This document shows, in pieces, positions 23,601 to 37,133 of a stretch of 64,000 nucleotides of DNA. The stretch comes from Raillietiella orientalis (Eukaryota), in contig JAYWIR010000018.1 of assembly GCA_036172245.1 (NCBI GenBank), forward strand, positions 3,348,001 through 3,412,000, read 5' to 3'. The notes beneath the pieces are model-generated. The model had not been told where the DNA came from. It searched no databases and worked only from the letters and a program-made list of their open reading frames with translations. The first letter of the stretch is position 1. Each line of letters opens with the position of its first letter. Both the position numbers and the translations under genes were made by a program.

Positions 23601-26400
23601 TTGGCACAAAAGTACATTTTTCACTGGGAATTTTTCCCGCAAGCATGAGCTGTCTGACCATAAGAAATTGAATTTTGATTGTGCCGGAAGGAGGCTGCTG
23701 CTGTCACTTCAATGCGATGCCGAGACACATGCAACCAATGGGCAACTGCTGTTCCCTCCTTTCTCAAGAGTTCGTGAACGTTCTTCTCTGCGCCCTGTTC
23801 TCGCTGTAAGCTAACCTGTACGTCAGCATCTCCCGCTTGAGTGCATGTCACGGGTTGCCCATTTCCCTCGCGCCCCATAGGCCATTTCAGTGTTCTTGAT
23901 ACTGCGCATGCATGTTCGCACCACTTGCATATCCCTCTCGTTCTTTCCCTTTTTTTTCAGAGCAATGCCATACCTATATGAAAGAGCTGCTTCTCGGTGT
24001 TCTTGCTCTGCAGAGAGGCTGACTCGGGGCAGTTCCCCTTCCCTCCGTTCATGGAGATCGGCCACTGAGTGTTTCCTTCAAGGTAGAAGACTTCTGGGAA
24101 AAGAGAAGCACTCCAGGAGCACAAGTTCGACCCAGAGTTCCTCCCCTTTTGCCCGTCCTTTCTGCTTGCACCGGAAATCTAGAGCCAACGCATCTAACGG
24201 CACCCAAAACGACCCAAACCCACAAACAAATCCGCCCTCTACTTAGGGAACGTTCGCAAATCCGAAGGTTCCTCGAAGCCATTCGTTCGCATCCGGCAGC
24301 GTCCAACAAATGTGAAGGGCGAACCTGTTTGGAAGGGATGGACTGGTGAGCTGGCTTGGTTGGGAGCATCTCCCGCCTCCAGAGGCAGCACATATACCGT
24401 TCATTTATAGGGGCTGCATATAACTTGCATCCTGGAGTAAAGGCGACCCTGGAGGAGAGTGCAAGCAAGAAAACATCCCCAGCCCTCCCTCTGCTTCTGT
24501 TCCTCTTCTCTTTCCTGGAACTATCCAAATTTCATCCCAACGCATTGCGAGGGTCAACCATGGAACCCTCCGGATAACCCTCTTTGAGTTCTTCCTGGAG
24601 GATGCGTTTCCATTTCCTGCACTCTGCACAGGGAAGGAACCTTTGGAGGGGATGGTCATTCTACCTGATGAGGGGTGAACCCTAAGAAAGGAAAGGAGGA
24701 AAGAGATCAGATTTTCTGCTCCCTCCTGCGCTTTGTGGCGAAGGACAGGTTTGGAGCATCTTCCGAAACCGAGGGTACTCCTCTCTTATGACGAGTACTC
24801 TACATTCTGTCCCGAAAAAGGCGACCGGGAGAGCTTGCAGGAGTTGAAGGAGGCAGGAAACGTCCTGAGCGTCTCTGCGTCTCGTGGCACTGCCAGCTCC
24901 CCATGACCGATATGAGGCGCCACCGGACCGTCATCAGGAAGGTCGGCTGTAGGGTAGTTGCGATCTCTCCCGCTGATTCGGCTACCGAATCTAGCATTGG
25001 TATCCCCAACCTGGTCCTTCCAGGATAGAACAGGGAAGAACCTCAGCCTCAGAGGGCTCTGACGGGCACTCAGAAGCGTCTGCGATCGAGGAAGTACGGA
25101 CGACTATCCCGGATAGCGCTGTCGTACCCTAAAGCTGTCGATAGCATCATAGGTCTTCCGAATGCGCACCACCTCCGAAAACGTCGTTGATGTCGAAAGG
25201 CGAAAGACGGAGTCAACATGACTCCGTCTTTCGCTCCAGACGAGAGCAGAGAACCCCTCATCCTGTCTCTCGTTTCCCTGGAGGCGCTCCACCTCCAGGG
25301 AACGGAAGGGGCTTTCGACGTTCCTGAGAAAGAACCAGTAAGTGTTTTTCAGAAACAACCCGCCTTACTCCACCCTCCATCACCTCCTGCTCCCCCTCCT
25401 CTCTCTCTCTCTGTGAAAGAGTTCATTGGGTAGCAGAGCGCGCTCCTGCAGGTCATGTGGCTCCAGACAGGATCGCCTTCCGAGCAGAGATGAGGACGAA
25501 GGAGCAGAGGAACTTCACCTCCTCCTCTTCCGACTCTGTTGCGTGAGGACCGTCATCGAGCTTGGAGCATCACAGAGATGTCTGTATTCCCGGCTCCATA
25601 CACTAGGGGTGTGCTCCTTCCCTAAAAGAGCTGTCAGTGGCTCATACGGTTGGATCTCCCCGACTGCTCCCCCTAAGGCTAGAAGCGCTCCTCTGCAAAG
25701 CAGGGGCGTGGCGAGATCCTCTTTCCCCTTGTCCCTGGGGGATCACAGCGGACACTCGCTCGGAAGCTGCACGTCGTTATCTCCATTCAGCGAATTTGTG
25801 GAGCCTGAAGGGAAAAGCCGCGGGACAGGACGGTATTCGAGCTGCAGGACTCCCACTTCGGAGGAGGAAGACTCCCGGAATCCCACGCCTCGCTGCGCTT
25901 CCCTCGCGGATTTCCGGAAGGGAAACATTGCGGTCAGAAAAGCGCATCTCTTCCTGGATATGCATCTCATGCTGGAAAAGAGTCGGAGATGGAAGGGACG
26001 GAAGCAGTATATCCTTAGAAGGTGGTGATTATGCATTGAGTCGGTAGCACTGGAAATCACTGAAGGAAAGGATGGGGGAGGAAGAAGGATCCCACATCAC
26101 GAAGGAAGGCAACAAAGGAGAATTGCACGGGATCTTTTGTCTCAACATGCTAGAATGCTGCTGCTGACCTCCTACCTGCTCTTCTTGGGAAGATGCGTTC
26201 GACAAGATCCATGAGCTGCCTGCTCTCCTGAAATTCGCGGATGAGCCTGCTGCTGACGGTTTCTTCCTGGAGATTCGTGAGGATTCAAGGTCGACCGCGA
26301 CCGAGTATAGAAAAGCCCGAAATGTATGCCAACTAACATAGCACAAAGTGTATTCAGGTAGGGAAACCTGTTGATGGGGCCCGAGGCAGGATGTTGCAGG
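23600..26400 (-). mobile_element. Decayed 5' part of element (copy F): purine-rich 5' region, knuckle remnant, APE-like domain
   Basis: ORF 24049-24528 has RNRSRGRAGDVFLL (cf. RxDRxxxGGGVxL) and KLYAAPI (cf. IYxPP; matches TCAAPI of copy E). Confidence 0.5.
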
Positions 26401-26870
26401 AAGTTTTCTATGCAGGGTCCATCACTCTTCCTTCCACGTAGCCCTCATGCGGACAGATTCATTGATTGAACACCTTTCTTAAAGGTGATTGTGTCGGGTG
26501 AAAATTTTGGGTAAAACCCCTGTTTGTGATAAAAAACATCTGCAAACCTAGTCTCATGTGGAGCAGAGCTCAGGGTGAGCTCTTATATTGGAAGGATGGC
26601 AGCTTGAGAGAGGTCCCAAGACTTGCCATTTTCTTGTGTGAGGATGGCACAACGAAATGGGGAGCAAGAATGAACAAAATCAAAAAGAGTCTCAAATGTC
26701 TCAGATGCGAATACCTCAAGGAGATCCTAGAAAACATGAGTCCATCCAAAGGAAGGCAGAACACCACTGATACTGGAGAGAAAGAACAATGCTGAGGAGT
26801 CGGCAAGATCATCTGATTCAAACATGACACAAATCTTTGGTATCATTGTCCTAAAAAAAGAAACTACTCA
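26400..26870 (+). mobile_element. Fragment of the region between RT thumb and CCHC
   Basis: ORF 26526-26795 has KKSLKCLRCEYLKEILENMSPSKGR, resembling the LRxxYLxxLLxKPDQGK segment of Utopia/NeSL proteins. Confidence 0.4.
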
Positions 26871-29800
26871 TCTTGGGAGGATTAGTCTTTTTTAGTTGTT
26901 ACAAGCTGGGATTAGCCAGATTTCAGAATGCCACGCGACTCGTGGAGAGTAGTTTGAGGACCCTTTCTCCTTCGGTAGCATTCCTCGTAAAAATTCCTTT
27001 TTTCTTTAAGGGTACAGCTGTGATGAGCTCTGAAGGCACATTAGAATCCAAGTGAGCCTTTGGAAGTGAAGGCATCTAAGATTCTCTTTGAACTCGACTG
27101 CTCTTCCAGCCTCCCAAGGAAGATCGCATCCTTTGTGGGTGCTTAACTTCGCCTCCTGGGAATTTGCGGGTCAAAGCTTTATCTATGCGGTGCAGCTCAG
27201 TATGCTACTTGTGAGAGCATCACTCTCAAGAGATGATGCGGATAGGATCTGAGGAAGGTGTGTAGTGTGGAAACCATTACCAGATTTTCAGCCTTTTCTT
27301 GTGGATGATGTTACCAACAGACACGAGGAACTGACTGTCATATCGAGGGCCTCTACCTGGAAAGATTGGCAGCTGGTGGGCCTTCACCAGCCTTTTCCTG
27401 AGATGGACTCCAGGACTCAAACGGATCTGGGGCGGAAGACGAGCGATCGCTCAGGACGTCGCCTGCCACTCAGAGAATGCAGAGGAGGCTCCAGAAGAGC
27501 CAAGGAAACTAAAAGAGAAAAGCATTTGAGATTTGCTCTCCATTTTGGCTCGAAAATCGACATGAAGAATTATTTCGTCTTCGCATCAGTGTGAGAGATT
27601 GTTGCAGGATTTTGTAATAAAATTGGAGTCATGATGAACGAGATGATGCAAAGGAGAATGATGGAAGACCTGAAGTTAACCAGACAACAAGAAGAGAGCA
27701 TCAGAAAAGCGACAGTTTCTTAAACATCCAAGTTGCCAGAGATTTATATTGGAAGCATTCATTGGGCATCATCGTCGAAGGAACAACCTTCGATAACCTC
27801 AGTCTCGCCCAGAGGATGAGGCAGAGAGGAAAAGATTGATTGAGAAGATTGTGAAAAATCCTTCCTCGTACATTTGTTTATACTTCTCGTCAGCATAGAC
27901 TGTAAGCAACATTGTGGCTGAAACATAAGAACCGGAAACGAGTGCTGTTTTCCACTAAGGGGCTTTGCGAATGACTCCGAGCGACTGTCAGAACGAAAAA
28001 ATGTTAAGGCCCTTGCTGAAGAGATGTTGATGCGAAATAAGAGCTCACTTCTCCATCTTCACGTCTCTGACCCAGGTTCCATTTAGAATCTCTATTGGCG
28101 ATTCGCGGATTCGCGGATTGGCGGTTCTCGATCTTCGACACAAGGTTCCTCCTCAAGAGAACAGCTTGCACAGTTGTGAAGGGATCTTGATATGAAGGAC
28201 ACCATAAGTATAGATTGAACACTAAAGATGCCAGGAACGGATCAAAAAATAATCCAGAGAACACTGAAATTTCTTAGCAGAGATTTCTAAAAGTAGGATT
28301 GAATTCTCCTTAAGAACTGGTTAAGGAATTAGAACATCTCCTGTCGAGCAGCGACCCTCGTAGCGGAGTTTGGAAACTGTTTGGGAATAGAAGGGTGGTT
28401 GGTAAAAATTCTAGAAGTTGAGCGAATCGATTCCTACACAGTTGGACGATGCTCATCTGTGATAGCGAAGGAAATACTTTCCTAGCTCAGCTGAGGACCA
28501 CCGTTGGGAAGTCGTGGTCATGAAAGGTCGATAGAAAGGTTCGCGGTTTGCTAAGAACTCACAGATGAAATGAACTTAAAGCCTTGTCTGGGTAGAAGGA
28601 TCCTCAAAGACACGAAGTTCCCGCAATAGCAAAAACCGTAAATCTCAACACAAGGACTCTGTTTTTTGGATAGCACTGATTGCACGTGCCGCTCGCTATT
28701 TTTGTCTGTCCACTTGAGAAATCGTGAAAGGGAATTCCATCAGGACTTTATCACGAGACTACACATTCCTTGTCATTGATATTAGTAATTGGTATCATGC
28801 TTTTGATCGAGCTGCCACAGCTAGCTGGCCATTCCCATAGTGCAACAGTGATGAGTACCCAGTGACCGGTAGCAGATAATGGCACCTGTGCCTTGATTAG
28901 CTGTGTTTATGATGGCTTCTGAATGTTTCAAAGCAGAGGATTTCAGTGCCGTCTTTGGGAAGGCAAACTCTGGAAGTATATACGTACACGGAGATCTCTG
29001 GTTCCGATGGAACTTATTAGACCGTTGTAGATGTGCCAAACAGTGGTACAGATAGACTAATGACAGCAGAGATTTTTACCATCCTCTCATCCCTGTCCAT
29101 TCTCTGTAACTCATCCTCAAAAAAGAGCGGTAATTCTTGAGGTATTTTTACTGACCATGATTTGATGCTTCTAGGTACATCCCGAAAATGCTAGATAGTC
29201 AAGCGCACCCGATTCCCATTTCCATGGGCTCCACTCCTCTCTTCGAAATCCTGAGTTTCGTCTTCACTTCGCTTGTTCTCCGGGTCCTTGGATTCCAGTG
29301 ATCCTGACGGAGAGCGCTCTTGATGTTGCGGTCGCTTCCTTGGAGGAGAACTGGAGAGCCAATCCTGGACCATGCTTGCTCCCATTCTTCCGCCTTACCT
29401 CTTCTAGTGCCGCTGCTAAATATTCGAAGGGGCGTCTAGTGTGATCCCCGTCCCTTCGCCCCAGAGCACCGGATCTGGGCTTCAGGTTCGAGTCCACACC
29501 CCCTCTCCGTTCCCTTTCGGCGCAGTCTAAACGATGGCTACCGAAGTCGTTCTCTCGATCCGTCTATCAAGGCAAACACCTTGATAGACGATGCAGGTAC
29601 ACCAGGGTACACCTCAATAGATATTGAGGTGTACCCTGGGGATTCCCCCTGCACAGCACACTTCCTTCTACTCCGATAGGTGCCATCCTTGGTGATGGAT
29701 GCCCACATGGGAACAATGATGAATCCACAGTCCGCAAATGGGGAGTGTTGTTGGTCGTTGAGAGCAGAAAGTGTTCCCACACACGATGCTGCCCAAAGGA

Positions 29801-31399
29801 GGAAATGGCCTTCCCTTGTGTTGTGACAGAGACGTCCATATCACCTTGCGTTGAATAGTGAGGATGAAAGAGTGCAGTTCTTCCAGACTGCGCACCTTGC
29901 CTTATGTGTGCATCACCAAATGCGATCTTCGACGCTGCCTTTTCAAACATCCACCTCAGCCTTAGTCTGGCCAGACGCTCTCCGTACCATCGCACAAATT
30001 CTGTTGCCACTGGGTCTGTTCCATTTTACTTCAATTAAACATACCACTGATGAGGAGTGTCGCAGTCGAAGATGAAAAAATGAAATGGCTGGCAGAAAAG
30101 AGCACTTCCATGTAGGGTTCGGTTTCCGAATACCTCCTTCAAATGACCAAAACGATTTCTACTATTCAAAGGCTAACGCTATTCGGAAAGGCACTCGATC
30201 CACCTGCACTCACTGTCTCTCCAAGAGTGCGAGAAAGTGATTTAATGGTTTCTTACTCTTGATGTCCTTTCTTGAGCGATTTTTGTAATGGATGCCTCTC
30301 CCGCATTTCCTTTTCTTTGAATTTTCGACAAGTATCACGTAGTACAATGGAAGAATAATAAAGGTTTTCCTCCCCGATGAGCTTCATGTAGAGCATTGAG
30401 ACTGACAACGGTGAAGATTTGATGAGAGCACAGCTTCGCTGAACTTGGAATCAATGCCATTCGAAGTGCATCTCGGCTGCCATTGGAAACACGAAAGACC
30501 AGCAGTCCGTTGAGGTAGCTGCAGTGTGCAGTTCGCACCTCAGAAGCTTTATAAGAATACTCTACACGACTCTGCGAGAACAGAATGTATTGCTGTCTTG
30601 TACAAATTGGGACGAAACAGTTGATTTCTCTTCTGCTCTGCCACCCAATTCACTCCGCATGCAATACTTGTCTGAAGAAAAATCCCATTCAAGACCATCT
30701 TGAAAAGAATGGTCTTGAACTGTGGTCTGTGGTCACTAATTAGCGAGTGTCTGCAAGGCAACAAGAAGAAACCATTTATTTTTCAGATGAGAAAAGGAAA
30801 AAGTGTTCCTTATCCTTCCTCCCTTCAGATAAATTAATGTGAAGAATTCTCTGCTTTTAGCTTTCGTGTGTGCACGTTTTTCTCTAATTGAGTAACGAAA
30901 AATTGTGACACCTCAAGGGAAAGAAATTTTCCAGATAACGGCTCTTGCTAACGATGTTTCCTCAGGTGATTCATCTACATCCCCTGGGAAGCTGGTAGAA
31001 GGACACAACCATTAGCTTGCTCAAAACATGGAAAATTAGCAGCCTCGGTTTCCGCGGCACAATTCGATTGAGCAGCGCTGGAGAGGGTTTTTCCGGAAAA
31101 AGGTCTGCCAGGGGAGGACGACGGACTTGCGTTACGAAAGAGTGTCATCCACTGACGGTGATGCGTGTGGTTTTCTCTTGAAACAGGAAACGCTGCGAGC
31201 GCTGCCGCAGCATGATCTGTTGACAGTCTGGATCCCATCGATACCTCTGGATACCCAATGGGGATTAAGTGAATCTGTATGTGCATGTGCGTGTATGTGT
31301 AACGTATCCACACGGATGCATAAACCGAACATGTAAATACTAGGCATATGTTTATTTTTCATATAACACACCCGTGCATACTTACGAAACGCATGACCA

Positions 31400-31950
31400 A
31401 GTTATCCTTCCAACCAAGTTCAGTTGAGGGGATGCTAGCATTCTCAAAGCAGTGCTGAAGCCAGATCTTAGACAAAAGACGCTACTTGGCCCTTTGGCTA
31501 AGATCAAACTAGATGGAGCCTCGTATCAGCAAATAAACGTGTTCCTGGAACAGGTTCCACTCAGCGGCCTGATTTGGTACTCCAGAAAAGCAACCGAATG
31601 GTGATGCTGAATGTGGTCAGTCGATTCGAAAATAGGGGGGAAGCATTCGACATTGCCAGAAAAAGAATCGAAATATCAAGATGCTGCCATGAAAAGACCC
31701 GAGAAGGTATAAAAATTACAATCCATACCTTTAAAATTGGAACCCCAGGATCATGGCATTCGAAAAATGATGGAGTTCTACGAGAGTTCCCAGGCAGTAT
31801 GAGAAGATGAAGAAACTAATGATGGCCTCTTGTATTGATGCAGTAATTGTACTGAACCCGCTGCTTGGGATATCCTCCAGACGACACTAGTGATCCCATG
31901 GGAATATCTGGTACAAAACGATATCCATTGGCAGAAAGTAGGTGACTGGA
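31400..31950 (+). mobile_element. Nested, relatively well preserved restriction-like endonuclease fragment
   Basis: Reads WSLVSANKRVPGTGSTQRPDLVLQKSNRMVMLNVVSRFENRGEAFDIARKR...IGTPGSWHSKNDGVL. It is clearly alignable to the RLE at 45455-45889. Confidence 0.85.
31480..31508 (+). other. U2 snRNA 5'-end-like fragment (not a full gene)
   Basis: cgctacttggccctttggctaagatcaaa versus U2 cgcttctcggccttttggctaagatcaaa (recalled consensus): 26/29 identical. The rest of U2 is absent. Confidence 0.4.
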
Positions 31951-34605
31951 AAGCAGAATGAAGAACTTCCTCAGTTTTGAATCCTGGTGGCATGTTCATA
32001 TGATCAGATGTGTCAGACAAATGCCGCAGTCCTCGGAAACTAAATCAGCACAACAGGAGATAAGCGAAAATGGCGAGCCAGTCACCAATGGCAAGTTATA
32101 AAAGACTCTGAAAGAGAAACTTGAGAGCATTGGAAATGAGTCGGCAGGGAGAGAAGTGCGAACGGTATACCTTGTAGTTTGTTTTTTAAATAGACGTTCC
32201 GGCGTCACAGGGCGAAAACCAGTATACCAGAAATCCAGAGACCAGTCTGTAGGAATAAAATAATGCAGACTGGGACGCTAGCTTGTGCCCAAGTCTAAAG
32301 AACTCTGGATGGGCTGACGAGAAACCAACTCATCTGCCAGTGAGGTCCTCCTGAAGGAAGAAGGGGAAGTGTTACCAAATAAAGAAATAAAACGTAGATG
32401 TAATTTTTCGTTTGGAGATAAAAGGAGGGAAGGTCACTAGTATTGTCCTGGGACCCTCTGCATCCTGTGTAGGATGCTAATGCCAGTTTCACCTGGAAAT
32501 CCGCTAGATGGGATCAATTTCGTTATCGTTAGAAAACTCATCATGGGACGTCTAGACTTTTACGAGCCATTCCTAAAGCAAAATCAATTCGAGTCCATAC
32601 AAATGAAAACAAAGAGACTTTAAAGTTGTAGTCGGAGAATAAACTAAATGCGTTTAAGAACTCTACTAAAATGCAAATCAGAGTGATGGATTGAGGGCTT
32701 CAGAAGTGTCTAGATAAATGATCTGAGTGGAGATCTATACAAAGATAAGACCATATCATTAGGATGTCAATTATTCTAGGTTTCTAATACATTGCAGATT
32801 TCAAATAAAATATGAATATTTCTCAAGATAGCTTCCGAATATCGCAGTTGAATCTCGTAGCAGAGGATTTTGAATGTCAGGGTAAAGTGTCGTTAGCATA
32901 ATGCTACCCCAAGTCAATTAAGCACTACGAATTATGCCAATATAGCCATTAGGCTATAAGAGCGAAGTTTTTCCAGATTAAGAACCAAAAATGGTCCAGA
33001 AGAATGTAAGGTTTTGTTGTGTGAAAATGCATGCTTCTTTTCGATCCTTTTCGTTTCTGTGATTATGATATAGATAATTCCACTCGTTCAACATAAACAT
33101 TGTGAGAATAAACTATGCATGCGAAAAGGATCATGTCTTTGCATCTTAATTCCACATATGCCTTAAAGAACTCAATTACTTCTGCAGCGATTTTCGCGGT
33201 ATAAGTGATAGTGGGTGTATCCAATCAGCAATTTATTTGTTCCCAACAAAAGCTTGTAAAATGTATTCTGTGCAAAAATTCTCTCATACTACTGAAACAG
33301 TCCATCTTATTTGTGCACTCTTCATAAACTTGTGCAACTGTCTAGGTAGCCAAATTCCTGGTAAGCAGAACAGAATTATTCTGTTTCTATCATTTTCTAT
33401 GAGACTTTCATTCTCCATCAAACTCTTGGTTAAATTGCCGATTAAAAAAGAGTAAAATTATAAAATAATAATAGAACGAATTACAGCTCTTTTTTCAGAG
33501 AACTTACAAACAATTTCACTTTACAAAACACTGGGCACGAGTCCACGACCAAGAAACACATCTCATTCCTATCTACAAGATGTATGTTCTAATATCGTTT
33601 TAATTATACTTCTGATTCTGTTATTACTTATTCGGTTATTCTGCTTTTTTCCCTATTTATTTTTACTTTCACTAAAAAGTGTTTTCTTCCACCTGTGAAT
33701 TATTCCTTTTTCTGAGAATCACTAAATATTCATAAAGTTCAATGGGTTCCTTGATTCGAAACAAATTCTGTTTTTGTACCATAAAGAACATTTTCTGTGG
33801 CTGATGATGAAACATATGTCTCAACACTTTCGAGAATCTTTTATTTGCATCTTCTTTTTTATACTAGACTACTATCCTTTTTAAAAAAGGCATACTTGTA
33901 CGATGCAAATTCCATGATGTAGTTAAATATCTGTTTGGTACGCCTGTTGCCTTATAAATTTATATTGCAATTAATAGGTTCCATTCTACTCTGATTTCTT
34001 GTTGAAATCGTTGCAATCTGTATGCTTATTGAAAAAATGTTCGAACAATTCACTTCGGACTTCGGTATTCGACTTGCATAGGGCCAAACTTGAATTTTCA
34101 GTAATCTCTGGATAGTAGCACCCTGCTTTGTAACCTTGAGAAATAATTATATCTGTTTCAGAAAAAATTTCAAATACCACAATGGCGAAGTCCTTTGCTT
34201 AAACAGTTCGTCTTTTTACCGTTAATTTTCTAACCTACTGCTCATCTGCTGTTTCAAATTCAAATATTTATTCTTTCGTGTATGCTTTCCCTCTCCAAGA
34301 TCTTCCCACTCCATTGATTATTTTGTTTTCGTAGACTGAAGTGCTCTGAAGACATCCTATTCACGAAACGAATCACATGACTGATTCTAAAACAGAATTC
34401 ATATCAGACCACTCAATAGTAATGGATAGTGCGTGCAGCCTTTAATTTGCAAAGAAAAAAGAAAATCTCGATATCAGAGTTAAGAATGCCCATCATAGGG
34501 AGTCAATGAAACCAATCAGCTCTCCTGATTAAATAATAATTCGAGGAGAAGACATGAAGGGCCATATTAAAGTTTTCCGTAATAATGACTTTCCAATTCA
34601 CAACG

Positions 34606-34645
34606 TACTAATGTAATTCGCAAAATTAAACGAATTACATTAGTA
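34606..34645. repeat. Perfect 15-bp inverted repeat with 10-nt loop
   Basis: tactaatgtaattcg-caaaattaaa-cgaattacattagta. Confidence 0.9.
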
Positions 34646-37133
34646 TGTGTGACCACGTTGAAAACAACCGTTATGCCTGCAATTTGCGCGGGCGATAAGG
34701 AAACTCGGTGGCTGCAAGCTCAGCTGATGCAGTAAGGTGTACTCATTTCAAAGTCAAACTACATATAAACCAACGCAAAATCGTATCAAGTCATATCTCA
34801 ATATCTGCTTAACATCCTTTTTTTTTAAAAAAAACAAACAAACTACGTTATCCAAATCAATCAAAATGTGCATATTAAAAACAAACTTCGTTTCAAGATG
34901 TGCATTTTTTTTTTGACAGTGCGCGGTTTCTTGCGCTCAGTGAAGTGAATAAACGGTTGTTTTGGAACCATGAATTGATATGTCCAGTGACGCAATCTTT
35001 TATGACAACCATGATGTATTTAGGTCACAGAAGAAAAACTATTAAGTATCAGGTTTTCTGTAAAACACTGAATTCACTTTTTACTCGTGCCACCATAAAT
35101 ACGTATACTGCCCATATTCAGTATGCATAATGCACACGTGTCACTGAAAAGTGCCTAGAGTTTATACATTGCTTTCTCCTGTGTACAATACATAATACAC
35201 GACATCAAGTAATTACAGTACAAATGACAATTTTATGTGCACTTCCTGATAAGCTTCTACACGTAATAACTGACATTACTGTATATTCGAAGATTAAATA
35301 AGTGCTATTTGTTACATAGGATGCACTTTCACTGTTCGTTAAAGTGAACATAATTTCAACAATCCCCGCATATCAGAATGTTAGCAATATTCTGAAATGC
35401 ATAATTAATTCTTGACTTTTCAAGAATTGAAACCTATTGTGGAAACTTTTTTCATAAGAAATTATACCCATATAATAACACAGGTACATTTAGGGCATCC
35501 ATCATTCCATACAAAAATGCTGTATGAGTAATCAATAATCTGCTTTTTTGAATCAGTTTTCCAGACAGTCTGTTTGAGTCTCGAATATATATATTTTTCC
35601 AAATCTTTTTTAGTCACCGAGATGGTTCAAACACAGTTGAAATCAAGCGGAAACTACAAATCCTTAAAACAAAATACATATCCACGTTTTGGCTGCAGCC
35701 ATCAAAAAAGTTAGCTCTTAAAGTGGATCATTCCCAAACTCCTCCACAGACTCCAGCATATGACAGAAACTGCATGGAACAGAAAAATAAGACTAGTCTG
35801 ACTCTAGCAATCCTACCAGAAAAAGAAAGAAAAAACGAAAATACATAAATGCTTTTACCGTGTTGTGAATTCCATCATTTTTAGTTATGTTCCAAGGCTT
35901 TATACATTATGACAACATTCAAAGAAAGCCTTCTTCATGATAAAAATAACTTTGCCTTCTCAAAAAAGTGTTAAAAAGAGCATATTTGCCATTTTTTTCC
36001 ACAGAGATGTGGCAAAATACATGAAATGTGAACTTTCAAGTTGTTTATCATGTACAGGTATGTCATGCAAAAATTTGGGGTGATAAACTGAGAATCCTTT
36101 GTTGATGTTTACCTACTTTTACAATATCGTTCCTGTTTGCACATTATGGTTGCTTGCTCTCATTTGCTTTTATATACCTCATGACAAGCATCACCATTGT
36201 AAAAATTAATTTGATAATCACAAATTCATCATACTCTTGGAAGGAAGTCCCCTCATCAATTTGAAGCCTAAGCTCAAATGTGCTCCTTTTATGATACACT
36301 TTTCTGTTTCTGACCCCAAATAAATCTACTGAGCTATCTAGGTGAACCTATTATTATTGGCACTATCTGACTGATAAATAACTAAGCAAAGTGAGAATAT
36401 GCACGCGTAATATAACCAAAGCCCTCGGTGTGCATGCATCAGGGAAAACCAAAAAAAGTAATTAATTTTCAACTAGGAACTCCATCACATCAATTTGGCC
36501 GCAGTTGTCATTGAAGAGCTATACATTCTTATACAACTGGATATCCTCCTTAATTGGAAATTTTATGCACAAGAAGGCAAACAAGTATTTCAAACACCTT
36601 TGAAATCGGCTTCCAAGTCAACATTCGGCCCTGGGACCTTGAGCTGAAACGGCAACTTTATGGAATTCCACGATAATTACTCGCTTTGTTTTATTTTAAA
36701 AATAGTTTCGTGGGGGAATATTCACCATTCGACAAAATGACGGCATAATCGGACTTCAACGTTTCCAAAGACGCACAATGCTTCTGCAGACGCATAACCA
36801 TATGCAGCTTTGGCGGCCTGCAAACTGAAGTACGGGGATATTGAACCTTAAAGCATCTTAACATGGCAGAATGATGCTGTTTTTTACGTGTCATCTGTTG
36901 AGGTATTTCCTGCCATCTCCTGTGTAGATAGAGTTCGAAAAGGTGTACAAGTCCGTGATACGTTTCCTCACAAATGTGACTGATTTGAATCAGATATAAG
37001 TTTTGGTCAGAACTCGCTTACAAACGCCATCATTCGATGAGCTTTATTGCAGTGCATAAAGATCATGTTCAAAGGATTTGTAATCAGTGAGAAAAAAAAA
37101 TTTTTTTTCAGGAAAATTTGTTAACATTCCACA

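Larger units (their letters stand above)
26900..32500 (-). mobile_element. Decayed copy D: APE-like, Ulp1-like, RT, CCHC and RLE remnants
   Basis: SDH at 32000-32008; RVWEHFLLS...LRTVDSS (ORF 29567-30010, Ulp1 His/Asp-like); RT remnants 27600-29100; NIIHKKRL (~27290-27315, cf. RFIHRARL). Confidence 0.55.

Noticed and set aside
35420..35810. Minus-strand frame interrupted only by TGA (possible recoding or selenoprotein)
   Set aside because: The translation resembles no family I know, I see no SECIS, and neighbouring genes use TGA as a normal stop (FKBP14).
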